Of a stretch of 64,000 nt of DNA, positions 24,580 to 37,618 are shown in pieces. The stretch spans positions 21,700,001 to 21,764,000 of the forward strand of contig CM074516.1 of the NCBI GenBank assembly GCA_037379345.1, read 5' to 3'. Within the stretch, counting starts at the first letter, position 1. Each line of letters begins with the position of its first letter. The notes beneath the pieces were generated by a model. The model was not told the origin of the DNA, searched no databases, and saw only the letters and a program-made list of their open reading frames with translations. This stretch comes from Perna viridis (Eukaryota). Both the position numbers and the translations under genes were made by a program.

Positions 24580-25875
24580 CCTTTGAGTTTTGGAGTAAAA
24601 ATTGTACCCCAACCCAACCAAAAAAAACCGCTTAAATACACATAATGTTTAATTTCAAACACATTGAAAATTTATGCTTCAGTAAAAGATCTAATTTGTT
24701 TTGTTTTTTTGTGTTTTTTTTTTATTAGTACTATCATAATTAATACTTCTGGGCTCATAGTTAGATTTTCAAAAATTGCAAAAAATGTCGCATAAATTCG
24801 ACTCTAGGCGTTCTTCCTCCACTAAAACGTCTCAATGTTGATATCATTCAATAGAAAATTCAATTTCCTACATAATGAAACCACGACAACAATTTTTTTT
24901 ATGGCTTTCTAAAAAGTTTAAAATATTATTCCTCACCTAGAAAACTTGTCTCAATTTCAAACAAAATTTTCATTCACAGCATACCGGCGCAGTAACACTT
25001 GTTTTTAGGCATTCATAATTAAGATAAAGATGTATCCAACATATCTGATCAATTCAGGCGCTAGGATGTCCTCTTGGGGTTACAGATGTTATAAATTCGT
25101 AAAAGGTTATTTTTCAGAATTTAGGATTTTCCTCTATCTTTTTATACAAACCTTAGTTCAAACAAGCTTTTCTATGATACATTACATTTCTATAGTATAT
25201 TAGCTTTCAAATGAGTCCAAGTGATAACTATTTGAGTTTTAGGTTAAAAAATTGCCATCCCAACCCCGAAAAAATACCTCAACATGAACCAAATTGTTAA
25301 TTTGTAGCATAAAAATGATATAAAAAGGGTACTTTTTTTTAATTGTGGACGTATTCAATATGTTTGTTCATATCAGGCGCTTAATTCTAAGTTTCAATGT
25401 AACAATAAAGGTTTTTTTTTCAAGAGAGAATTTTCAGAATTTCACCGGTAATGGGCACTTTTTTCAAACAAACTTTTGCATATCAAAATATACATTTATA
25501 TACAAATGTAGTATCTTAGCTTAATAATAATAAAGTAATGCATAATTAAACTTATTCAAGGCCGTTCAGGGAAAAGAATGGTACCATCCAGCCCCACTAA
25601 AATCTGCCCTAATATGAAAGATAATGATCGTATATAGAATGATTTGGCTGTCGGACAATACCTATATGTTAATTTGCTCTGGCCTGAAGTTAGAAGTTTA
25701 AAAAACAAAAAATTGGATTTTTGCCTCAACGAGGTATAAAAAGTTACCACAAAACGCAAAAAAAGTCAGTTTATCTATTTTGTCCACAAAATGCTTCGTG
25801 AGTGGGATGTATAAGAGTACCTGACAATCATACTTTGATTGATGAATGGGGAGAGGGAGTCCGAGGCTGAGGGGA
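24580..25875. mobile_element. Second, inverted and truncated copy of the 60842-62366 family
   Basis: ttgcctcaacgaggtataaaaag (~25720) and ggagtaaaaattgtacccc (~24590) are reverse complements of sequence at ~60980 and ~62030. Confidence 0.7.
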
Positions 25876-26599
25876 GATATTCCACCCCATGTACACAACA
25901 GCGCATATGTATTTTACGAGTTCTATTATTATTTAGACATTTATTTTATATAACTAGTAAAGAAAGGAGTTTTTAATTCATTTATATGTTTGGTGTTTCG
26001 TTTATATTATGCTACAGAAAACGCGCAATGTGACGTCATCAGCGATATGTATGCAAATGCTACTTGAGCTGTACAGACTTATTCAAGAACCAGAAAAACA
26101 GTGTCTTACTCGGTGAACAATTGATTATTATATTTATGCAGTTTTAATAATATCATATTGTTATTTCCGCCTCGAAATTTAAAAGCTTAAACATTATCGG
26201 AATAGACATCCAATTCTCAACTTAAACTTAATACATATAACAAAACACGTTATAAAGTGCAATAGACGGTCACATCGAACATATTTAGTCATCTCTTCAT
26301 CATTAATACGTTTCTCATATATAATAATACAACAATTTGTAGCATATGGAAAACATTTGAATGGGAATGATTATTACATTTCTGTTATATATGTAGCAGC
26401 TGTGTTAAAAATGAAATAAGTTCGATACAACAATGTAACCATTGTAATTGAACAATCTCATATATTAAATATTCAAATCCGTGTATTTGAAGATTATAAA
26501 AATGGTTTTGTTTAGGAATTATTCCTTATAAAATCAAGAAAAGAAAATGAAAATGTATTATGCAGCGTATTGCTTACGAAAGGATTAACAATACAATAT

Positions 26600-26862
26600 T
26601 ACACAGGTAAAATTATTTCACATGATTTTCACAAGAATTTCACATGCTTTTCACCTGAGTAGAGCAAATAAATTAAGAGACAGAGTTCACGTGAAATTCG
26701 GTTGAATGGAGCATTCACGTGAAATTCATACGAAATATTCACAAGAAATTCGTGCTTAGTGAATTTCACATGAAAAACATGTTAATTTCATGTGAGTTTC
26801 ACATGAATTTCACGTGAAGCTCGATTTACAGGTATTTCACGTGAAAAATATTTGCCTGTGTA
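26600..26862. mobile_element. TA-flanked MITE filled with TTCACRTGAA palindromes
   Basis: TIR TACACAGGTAAA / TTTGCCTGTGTA and more than 10 ttcac(g/a)tgaa-like units. Confidence 0.75.
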
Positions 26863-27273
26863 GATATTTAAAAATATTCCAAGCTACCAATACACAGAGA
26901 GTTCGAGAGAAAAAAACAAATTAAGGTCTACAAGAAAAAGCAAATAAATCTTTTAATCATAAAATGCTGAAAAATGCAACGTTTCTTAGGTTTGTTGTTT
27001 TGGTCACTGTCTGTCGTCCTGCTTTGTATTTGTTCTATGTTGAATGAGGTTTTAATATAGTTTTGTAACGTGGGTTCATCAACTTCTTGTATTATGAAAC
27101 GATTTGTTTTATCATTCTCTACGCTAGCATCGAAATAATGGTCAATGAACAATTATTCTTATATAATATTCTTACTGATCTCCAGTTGGGAAAGAAAACT
27201 AGAAATAGTTTCCATGTGTTACCAGATGTCCCTTTTATCAAAGGGATACAAAAATTCCCTTTAGATTAGACAA

Positions 27274-27427
27274 TAGACCCTTTTGTGGTAAGTTGGTGAG
27301 CATGCTCAATATACACTTCCGCGAGGTGAAGCTTGGGTAGAACAAAAGAATTTTCCTCGCGGAAGTGTATATTGAGCATGCTCTACGCATCTCATAGACT
27401 ACCCCAACGTTAGCACAAAAGGGTCTA
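27274..27427. mobile_element. Palindromic MITE (TAG termini)
   Basis: TIR TAGACCCTTTTGTG / CACAAAAGGGTCTA plus an inner perfect 29-bp inverted repeat (27298-27326 / 27355-27383). Confidence 0.85.
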
Positions 27428-27544
27428 TAATTAAATCAACTTTTGTTCACTTTGAATATTTCATTTCCGTTTCATTTGTCGCATCTCATTGTCTACTGTG
27501 CGTTCTTTTTTACATCTTATTTGATTCTATTACTGCCTACAAAG

Positions 27545-27712
27545 TTCAGATACAACTTCCTCATTTACTTTTGTTTTTTTTTGTATATGTTGGTTTGGTT
27601 ATTTCAATGTTTTTGTTAAATGTGTCTTTCTTCCCTCTCTTGTCTTTATCCCTGGATTGTTTTCTTAAGATTTTCACCACTAGAATCTTGGTTCCGTTCC
27701 TTTGATTACTCT
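27545..27712 (+). mobile_element. PLE 3' tail, degraded
   Basis: ctcatttacttttg...tccctggatt...ctagaatcttggttcc...ttgattactct. Confidence 0.6.
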
Positions 27713-28283
27713 AATGATACGACTCTTTGTGCTAAAAATCCGAAATATAAATACTACTACACAACAATAGTTTAGCAAACATATCATGAGATACTCATGA
27801 AAAAAATATAGTTCATTTTCTTTTCCATAGTTTCTTTCTTCTCATCCCTTTCAAACATACATATTGTTACAAGATGAAGTATATGTGTTCCGTGCACCAG
27901 TTGAAAATAAACTTGATGTTTGGGAAAATTTCACTAAAGGCCCATACACTACCTTTTTTAATTTAATTTAATTTAATTTTATTTATTTTTAATTTTTATT
28001 TTTTTTATCACAGTTTGGTAGGTAAGTGTCCTACCTTTTCAATTTTTTTATCTTTTTGAAAAGCCAATACTTCAAATTCTTCCTGATGATGCTAATACAT
28101 TTTATTGAGCGTTCAATCAAACTTTTCAGCTTACGGCTACAATATTATGCTTTCAATATTTATGTGTGATGAAATTATGCTGTACACTTTACAAATTATT
28201 ATTTTTTTAAGGAAACTTTATAAATTGTACACAGGAACACAAAAATAAACATAAATATGCTTGATGCAATGACTACAACAGAA

Positions 28284-28453
28284 TACTGTAAAAGTACTAA
28301 TTTTTGCTGCTTTCGCGGTGGACAGAAAAGCGCAAAAAATCGTACCCGCGGAATTACACTATATAACGTTAATCATTTTTCAAACCTACCAATATGTTCA
28401 CTAGATAGAATCTGCAAAGATTAGCAAACACTATAATTAATACGTTTAGAGTA
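28284..28453. mobile_element. TA-flanked MITE (TACTGTAAA..TTTACAGTA type)
   Basis: tactgtaaaagtactaatt / aattaatacgtttagagta; relative at 62968-63141. Confidence 0.55.
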
Positions 28454-28729
28454 CGTGAAAACGTCATAACATATTATTGTGACCATTAACAAAAACGGCC
28501 TCGGGGGTTAAGAGGATTCTTGTCCAATCATTAAGAAGATAATTTCATCTTATAGATAGTAGAATTCCTTATTTCTTCTCATTATGGGAGTGATAATAGC
28601 TTTATATCTGATTTTTCAGTATGGTGACTTATTCATTACTTTACGTTGAGTTGATGTATAAAGGTCCATCAATTTAACTGTGTGTAACAAAGCTTAGTTC
28701 AACCTTTATTCGACTTCATCAAAAGGTTG

Positions 28730-28883
28730 CTAGTGGAGTTCCTCATTTACTTTTTTCTTTGTACGTATTATTTTGGTTAATTAATGATCTTTTTTGTGTT
28801 TGTCTGTTTTCTTGGTCTGGTCTTTGTCCCTGGATTACATTCTTTTGATTTTCGCTATAATGTTGGTTCCATTGATTTCTCTT
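28730..28883 (+). mobile_element. PLE 3' tail
   Basis: tagtggagttcctcattt...ggtctttgtccctggattacattcttttgatt...ttgatttctct. Confidence 0.75.
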
Positions 28884-30039
28884 TAATGCCAAGGATGTGA
28901 ATTATTTTATGTGTAAGTAATATTTAAGTTCAGATAGATTATTTGTTAGACTATTTGTAGGTTAACGTCATATACCAAGTATTTCTTGAATGTCAGGATG
29001 ACAACCTTTGACCAATCGAACAGGACCTGCTTTTTTGAATCCAAATCCTTTGTTGGATTTATATTTTGCTCCTTAAAACATGAAACCACTCACATATTAC
29101 CGAACTCACAAACTTTTCTAACTCCGATCTCATTAATCGTCTTTCACTCTCCTGGTGCATGGCAGAGAAGGAGTGACCACCAATTGTTCAGTATAGTTCA
29201 AGGTGAACAGATATATGTATTCCTTTCAATAGTCCATTTTCGATCACCTACAAATCTCACGGTCCTGATATTTGTGAAGATAAAGTCAAAATGTAAAAAG
29301 TATGCATGAAAAAGCATACAATTTTATGTTTCTACACCCTCTGATTTTCGAGCAGAACATAGGCACTGTTTTAAAAAAAATATCAACAGTGATAATCGTT
29401 TAATAAGTTGTTTCCATTTTTATATTAGACAGATGCACATTTTAAACATTGATTATCTTTGTGATCTTAGTGAACTTTTGATAATAAACAGATTTCAGTC
29501 TACTCGATCTATATCAATGTGAAGTACACATTCAACCAACCCTCTGAAAAAAAGAAGAAAAGTGCATCTACTTCTAGAAATAATAACATAGATAATTATT
29601 AATTTTGCTTTTTCATGAAAAGTAAGTACATCATAACATTTCAGCTTTATACTGAATAAAATACTGTTTAAACTAAAATTAAACTGTTGTAAAATATCAC
29701 AATACCGTTGATATGAAAGTAAATAAAATGATATAAGGCACTTGTATTGCACTTCAACAAATAAATTCAGACAGTTATCCGAATTTCAAGTTTAATTTGG
29801 AAGTTGACATTTGAAATTCGATAACACATTGCAACGGAAGGTAGCAGTTGAATGCGTGACTTAATTATTTTTAAAGAAAGATTTATGCTTAAAATGGAAT
29901 GAATTTCTTGTCTGAAATTGTTTTAAAGTGTAAAGGTCGAGTCAACTCGAACACTGTTATCATCATACACGTGTTATATCCCCTTACACCCTACATGTAT
30001 ATTACACGAATTTCTTTAAGATTCAGTGTATTTGTTCTT

Positions 30040-30560
30040 TGAATATTACAGGTGTATTATATAATAATGTCTTAATCTCAGATACGCTTCATGATAATGA
30101 TGCCTAGCATCAGATGTATCAAATGACACTGATATCTTACTAAGCGTGTCTTATGTCATGGATTTCTTGCGTAAGATATGTCACATGATACTGGTGTCTT
30201 TTTAAAGGTGTGTATTGTGATACTTATATGTATCACATAGTACTGTTTTTTTTGTTGTTTTTTTTTACCACAGGTTAATCACATGACACTGTTCCTCAGA
30301 TAATCACTTGATTTTGATTCATTACCTCAGATAATCATTTAACTAACATTGAATATTTACCTCAGGTTTTTAAACATTATACTGTTCCTAACCTCAGATA
30401 ATCACTTGACAAACACTGATTATTTATCTCAGGTTTATCACGTGACAATGTTCCTTACCTCAGATAATCACTTGATACCGATTCATTACCTCAGGTGTTT
30501 TACATGACGCTTATTATTTACCAGAGAAGTAACACATGCTAATATAAGGTGTATTACAAA
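30040..30560. repeat. Degenerate minisatellite, ~32-35-bp unit
   Basis: Repeated ttacctcag(g/a)t..tcac(a/t)tgac/t units; cctcagataatca at ~30293, 30325, 30392 and 30458. Confidence 0.75.
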
Positions 30561-33500
30561 ATATTGCAGTAAAAAATTTTGGAAAGTTGCTTTTGAAAAG
30601 ATTAAGTTAATGATTATTTATAGTTTAAGGAAAAATCCAATATACCTTGCGATTATCTGATGACTTAAACAGTCAATATAGACATCAGATATGAAAGATT
30701 AATGTTACTAAGGGTTCCAATATTACCTTTCATTCGAACTTTACATAGTAATATGGAAAGTATTGTGACTCTTTCCATTGCCGACTGTATTGTGTATTTA
30801 CGTATTATTTTTAGTGTGTAAGAGGTTTACACGTAGGAAAAAACTTCAGGTTTAATAATTTAGTTGCTTTAAACGACTATATAGCTATTATGCTAAAATT
30901 GCATAGTATTATCAATAATACCCACACGACATTTATACAATTATCAACATATAGAGTATAATCATTTATTTCCGTGGGGAAAAATTTCGTTGTTTTGTCT
31001 TTGAAACTAATTCCGTGGGGGTAGGGACAAATAACTTTGGATTCGTGTTTCACATATTGTTTTTTCCATTGATCTGCTGTCGTCTTCGGTATAAATCGCA
31101 CAGCTCTACCCACTCTTGGTATGGGAGAGCAGAGAGTCTTTTGAAGGAAGCGTTTTTTTTCTTTTTTGCTGTTCTTGATAGCCATTTATTAATTAAAAAG
31201 TGTAAAATTTAGGTTATTTTCAACAAGTCAGCTGTAATATCTATGTTTCTTGTTATATGCAAATCAATGGAGTTAATACCGACTCTGTCACAATAAATGA
31301 AAAAATATTTTAAATACGGTTAGCAATGGAGGCATTGTCATACTTCAAAACTACTATTGAAAAATATTAGCAAGTTGCAAAAGTGGGCTTGTACATTAAA
31401 ATAGATCTATGACTAACTTGATCAAATGCTTTAAATCATTTCATTAGAACGAGATTGAAATTTGAAATTGACAGGAATAAAGCTTAATCTTTCACCTTAA
31501 CGACTTAAACAATGATGATTGTATATGTTTTTTTCAGTTTATTCAGTTCACAAGTCCTTATTTAAGGGTTTAAAATCCATTATTCATTTTGGGATCATGA
31601 AAATAAATTTTATGCTCTATTTTTTGTTTTCTTTATAAGCTTAGAATATCGCGATGCGACTTTACACAGCTTGTTTAATAAGAACACTAAGTCATTATAT
31701 TATTTTATAATCTATATCTTCTCCTTACATATCGAACAATTCAAATTTATATTGTAAAGAAGAACAATTTCCTACAATATGAACATTATACAGTTTTTAA
31801 TTGCTGGTTATTCGAACGATGTTACATAATATTAAAAATTGGTTTCAAATGCATACAAGGTCATTGACTCAGCTCTATTTCAGGCCAATGAAATGGAACA
31901 TATAATCCGAAAACGTTCATTTCAGTTGCTTATCAAGTAAGTCATATGGGATTTAAGAATGATTTGTTATTAATGGCTGGTTATAATGCAACGTTCCTGG
32001 GCTCGTCATCTAATGTTATAATATGATTGACATAGTGTGATTAGTTGTCGACAGGGTTAGACAAACGAGATAAAAATTTAATTTCACCGTGTTAGGCAGT
32101 TAAACATTCTAGACTTAACGATAACTGATGACCGTGACTCGAAATGAAAGATTTACACGTAGTTAGTGAGCATTTTTCTCATAGTAGATTTATCTGACCA
32201 GGCTAATGGCTAGACAGCATAATAAAAACTTGGCCGTGTACACGAAAATGTTCAATCCCTAAACCTTGGGCTGTGGATTACTTATGAATTTGGAAATTGT
32301 CAAACCATATTATGTATGAAATTATTTTCAATCATCTTTCGTGCAGTCGTTTGCTAGGCTATATTAGAATCTTCGTTAGTAGCAGTATTATCCTCAATTT
32401 AGACTGTCATAATTTCATTAACACACTGCAGCACAATTAAAATGATGCATATAATTTCAACATCAACATCTTAATACGACGTGCTTCAAAGCTCTTTAGG
32501 CAACAGCCATGGCTAAAAAGGGACTCATGACCAACAAATCGTGCAGCACATAGGATGCGTCTATTCAAATGTATGAAGAAAAACAGGTCCTATTAGAATC
32601 AAAATAAACCACGGAAACTTACTTTTATCATTGTTTTACCACGGTCTGGCCATGTATGTCAATTTGTGAACCTGAAGACGAGGATGACTGTTCAAAAAAG
32701 AAGATATGGCAATAAAATAGGTAATGGAAAAATAATGGTTATGATTAAATAGAATATATGCACAATATATTAACCTAAATCTAAATAATATATTCCTTCT
32801 GAGGGCACCAATAGGTCTTCCAAAAGTGTAAAATCATCTTAAAACATACATCAAAGGCCCTTACAATAACTGAAAAAAACGATTACAGTTCTTCAAAATC
32901 AAAAGTAATATAACGACACAAAATAAATTAATGACTGTGGACAGGTGCGTGAAATCTGTGGTTAAACTTTTAGTCTCAGGAATTTGCCGACCCTTAATAT
33001 TAGGGTAAAAAATATGAAAACTCACACACAAAAAGATTCACTCAATTATGCATCTAATTTATTATCTCCATCGAAAACTTCAGCATACACCATATAGACA
33101 AAACGAGATGCATTTGAATTTGAAGTTACTGATAGCTGGCTCATAACATGCTAAAGAGTGATAAAACCATCAAAACTTGCAACATCAGAAATATATTTAG
33201 TTATTACATTTCAATATGACTGGCTTTGGAGTATCAATGTCAAGGGTTAAATAAGCGAAAGTTGGTATAGTGTAATACCCAAGACTGCCAGTAGGTCGAA
33301 TAACTCTATATATTTGAAAAATAACCATTGATTTCTGATTAAAATATCACACTTTAATACAATTACGGGTAAAACGGATCAGTTGTTAAATGTAAATACC
33401 ATAGCAGGGTGATTCAGGAATATCACCATGGTTGCCTGATATAAAGAGAGAGGGTCTTAGAACAATTTACTTTTCTAGTAGGCCTTAATTATGGGAAAAG

Positions 33501-33937
33501 TGATTCGTACCAGTATCGTTGTCTTTTAAAGAATATAAAATCATTAGACAACATTAATCGTACATCATATGTGTTTCTTCCTTTTATGCTCGTGCATATA
33601 CAAATTATCTTCTTCAAAAATCATTCAGACGTAAATAAGCATCGTTACAGACGTTAAAATAATAGTAATACTGAACCGAATCATATGAACAAATTGTATC
33701 CTTTTATGAAATTCAATTACATACAATTCCCTTTAGGTTTTACAGCTGTGCATTTAGCACTCATGTTTCATTTAAACTGCGTGTGTTTGTCAGGTTTTCA
33801 ATTGATTTTGGAAATAGGCTTTTTTTTTATAAATAATTGTTATAAACTTTTTCTGCACTAGCGCCGAACTTTTCACATACACAAATGAATATCAATTTCT
33901 TATATTCGACTCAAGAAACAATTAAATACATAAAATG

Positions 33938-34336
33938 TTAAGTAGTACTCCAGCTAAGAATCATGCAAAATGTGATACATTGTTGGAAAGCCTACATATT
34001 TTTATTTTTGATATCTTGTTTAAAATGCTTTAGTAACAGAAATTAACATTTGGTTTTTCATATAACTTGTGCTCATAAGAGATAAAAATTGTATAGAATG
34101 CACTGTAGAATTCAAAAGTAAGGGAGATAACTCTGTTAATGACACTTAAATACAATAGAATCTATTGGATTTTCAATGTTGATTATCTCCTAAGAGCAGG
34201 CAGATTTGAATGAATAATTACACATTTCATAATATAGACCCATAAAACAACTTAATTACAAATATAAAAATATGTAGCGTTTTTTGGGGTGTATCACTTT
34301 TTCATATTTTGCATGATTCTTACAAAGACAGCTTAA
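33938..34336. mobile_element. TTAA-flanked (Kolobok-like) MITE
   Basis: Subterminal inverted repeat taagaatcatgcaaaat / attttgcatgattctta, with ttaa at both ends. Confidence 0.6.
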
Positions 34337-34628
34337 GGAATTCGATTAGATATAGCGTACTCTGAAGATGAAGATTATCATGTCAATGTTCAAAATTATG
34401 CAGTCTGATAGATGAAAGCGTGTACATTGTAATAAAGAATCAGGCAGTGGGATAAACATGATTTGAAAAAAATGCACCATGAGAAGCAAGGAAAAAAGCC
34501 AATTTTTTTCTGAAATTGAGGTGATGAAGAAAACAAAACAAGAAACCTAGAAGATATTTAGATTATGTTAATGTTAATGTTAATAAACTTACACAGTTAC
34601 GTGTCAATATCTGTCAGAATCAGGATGA

Positions 34629-34890
34629 AAGAGTAATCAAGGGAACCAAGGCCATAGCGACAATCAAAAGAATGCAATCCAGGGACAAAGACCAGACATG
34701 GAAAACAGACATTCACAACAAAGAACACAAAGTAACTAAAACCACACATACAAAGCAACAAAAGTAAATGAGCAACTCGGACTCGGAGCATGGACCAGGT
34801 GCACCGGTAGGATAAGCGTCCTCTGCTTTTCTAGAAACACCCGCCGAGTTGCTCATAAAAAGTCAAGTCCGGGGTAGACAAACGAGGAAA
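34629..34890 (-). mobile_element. PLE 3' module copy
   Basis: Near-consensus reverse complement, with the last internal hairpin deleted. Confidence 0.88.
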
Positions 34891-35796
34891 TGAACATGGT
34901 TTGAAAAAAAAAACAGCATTTGAAAGTTTAAATTGACTATTTGCCCACGCAAGATATTTCAAAGTTTGAATTTATTTCAATTAAGCACGACATCCGAATT
35001 TCAAGGCAGAAATGTTCCGAAATACAGAATATATTAATTAATGGGTCAATGCTCATCACGACGAAAACATGAAATTTATACTCAATATTTACAGATATTA
35101 TTTTATGTCTTTGGTTATTTTAGTTTTATTTCCTCATCTTTGTCAGTGACTTCCTGTTTTTTGTTCCTTGAATTACAACAATTCATTAACGCAAAATTTT
35201 ACAGAGGTTAAAAAATAAGTCATATACGTTTCTCGCCATAAAGCATCAAATTTGACATTTGCAATGCCTTCATTTAATTGGGAGATGGAAATGGAGTATT
35301 TCTCAACATGAAAGGGATATAGCATGATATCAATTACGACGAAGAACATACTACTGCTAGAATTTATTGAGGATGTTAGCACTTTATCATACATGCAATG
35401 TATACTGTGTATAGAAGTATAGAAATTTTCTGCATGTATTTTTACTTATTATTTAAACATGGTTTTTTTGTTGCTGTATATTTTGTCCCTCGTAGATCAG
35501 TGAAATATTTGAATGCATACAGAATACTTCTTGGGTTGTCTGTATACACGGTAATAAATAACGAAATTTTCAAATTGTTTAAGTTGAAGTCTTGTTTAAA
35601 TTTTACATGTATGATATGAAGGCAAATCTAGGTAATCTAGTTATGCTTTAAGATGGGTCGAAATAAAGTTAATAAGTTCAGATTCTTCAATCATGTTACC
35701 TAAAGACAAATTGATTCGCTTTCGCTGATATTTAGCACATACTTTGATAAAGAAAACAATGCGCTGTCTTAAACTTCCTTCAATATTGTTGATTTT

Positions 35797-36585
35797 GATT
35801 AAGTTTAAATATATTTTATTTGCAAATTAACAAATTAAGATCAGACACGAGTTATTCACAAGGGTCGTCTCCATTCATGAATATAATAAACAATACATTT
35901 GTTGTAATAATAACGAGAGGTGTAGAGCACTTAATTGTAATTTAATTTATATACATGAAAAATATATATAAGAGAAAATAGGATAAATAAATTACTTTAT
36001 ACTAAAACAACCTAAGTACTAAATAAACTGTTATATTTTTTGTAGTTTGTGATATTTAGTTTGTGTCTAGTATATAACTATCAAAGAGAATGACGGTAAT
36101 TCTGTCCCCGTCAGTATCTGGAAGCGTATATTTGTATACTGGACGCTGCTCAATATATAATGAGCACTATAAGACAAAAATGAATACTACCATCTACAGG
36201 CCAACCACAGGTACATTTCTGGTTAAGCACCAGGTTAATCCTGAACAGAACAGCTTTAAGAGCTGTTCCATAAACGCGTGGTCGTTTGAAAAAAAGAACG
36301 TGCAAAAGTTTCAATGCGAGTTTGAGGATAAACATAGTTAGCTTCATTCCTCAAATTAAATATGGTGGTATTACCAACACTTGGTGTCAAGCAATCAGAT
36401 AAATATTCGGGTACTTTACCGTTGTGAATGCTATGAAATAGATTAATCTTTCGTCTACGACGGATATCAGTTAATGACTCCCACCCAGTTTTCAAAATAT
36501 AGTGATTCTATACTTGTATATCTAGGAAAGCCAGTTACAATTTTAGCAGCTTCATGCTGTATACATATTCTGCAGTCCATCCATC
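35797..36585 (-). mobile_element. CR1/L2-clade LINE 3' remnant
   Basis: Frameshifted IQHEAAKIVTGFPRYTSIESLYF/TGWESL..RRRRKINLFHSIHNGKVPEYLSD...ETFARSFFQTTTRLWN (post-RT domain), a CxC motif and an AATAAA-containing tail near 35800-35825. Confidence 0.75.
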
Positions 36586-37356
36586 CCAAGATTACATGCG
36601 TATTCAGGTAATGGTAGAATATACGTATACTATTGTTGTTGTTAAAGGATAGTTCGTTTTGATTCAGGACAATATTGTGAGACATCGCAATTATTAAAAT
36701 TAAATACACACGATTTTTTATATGGAACAAAAAGTTAAATTAATTTTGGAAATGCATCATTTAGGATACATGTACTTGTTCCTTTGATATTAATTCGTTT
36801 TTGAATAAATTACTTTTTAAACTGTATGTAGTTAACATTTATCTCCATATGGATTACTTACTTGTATATATTTTCATTATCTGAATATTTGATTGTAGCA
36901 AATATGTATAAATAAAGTCATTTAAAAAACAATCCGACGTGATTATTTATAAATAATTTACAATGGGTGCTTCCCGTTAAGGTTTGTTCCACATGAACCA
37001 AAGAATCGCGTTTACACACAAAAGTTGGCCTCAGACGACCAACCAGACCAACCGGAAGTAGAATTTCAGAAAGTTGGTTCGTACCGGTAAATGGAAAATC
37101 AGCTTGGTCTTAATAATTAGGGTTTAACACACGACAAACTATGCACGAAAACAACATAGTGTTGTAGAATATGAAATAACATGGGTACATTACAAGCAGT
37201 AGTACATTAGATATGTTAAAACAATTTCAGCAACTAAAATCAAGTACATCGTTTTTTTGTTTGTTTACCTGTTAGGATAGACATTGACACTAACCTCGTG
37301 TCCTATTGTTGCAAACAGTAAAGTAGCGGTAGCAAAGGTAAATAAAAGGAACTTAC

Positions 37357-37618
37357 CTGATAAAAGAATAAGTAAATCGGAAATTGCAAGACTAAACAGG
37401 TAATAATTTGTCACAGTGTGCATATAAGGATTCCTGGATATAACAAGACATGTTGAAGCATTACCAATTATTCCAAAAATGAACACACATACATAAATGA
37501 TGGTTAGTACAAATACGGATCCGATGTCTTTACGCCTTTCTCCAAGATACAACGCTAATGTCTCATCCTTTGATAAAATTGATAAGTTTCCAGTGTTAAA
37601 TACTGTTTCATTAAACAT
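37357..37618 (-). CDS. PRXamide (pyrokinin/CAPA/neuromedin-U-like) GPCR, coding exon 1 (N-term, TM1, TM2)
   Basis: MFNETVFNTGNLS carries N-glycosylation sequons, followed by IFGIIGNASTCLVI and MHTVTNYYLFSLAISDLLILLSG (TM1 GN, TM2 LAxxD). Donor TCAG|GTAAGT at 37356. A probable acceptor (ttttttag) puts the exon start at 37915, giving a 5'UTR part. Confidence 0.9.

Noticed and set aside
30280-30500. CRISPR-like regularly spaced repeats (also 57680-57850)
   Set aside because: The intervening segments are themselves similar and short, the context is eukaryotic and there are no cas genes. These are minisatellites.
32623-32671. 49-nt minus-strand pseudo-exon (cttcag...GTAAGT) with an in-frame TGA, a possible poison exon in GPCR intron 1
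   Set aside because: Such splice-site pairs arise by chance in a 20-kb intron, and there is no independent support.
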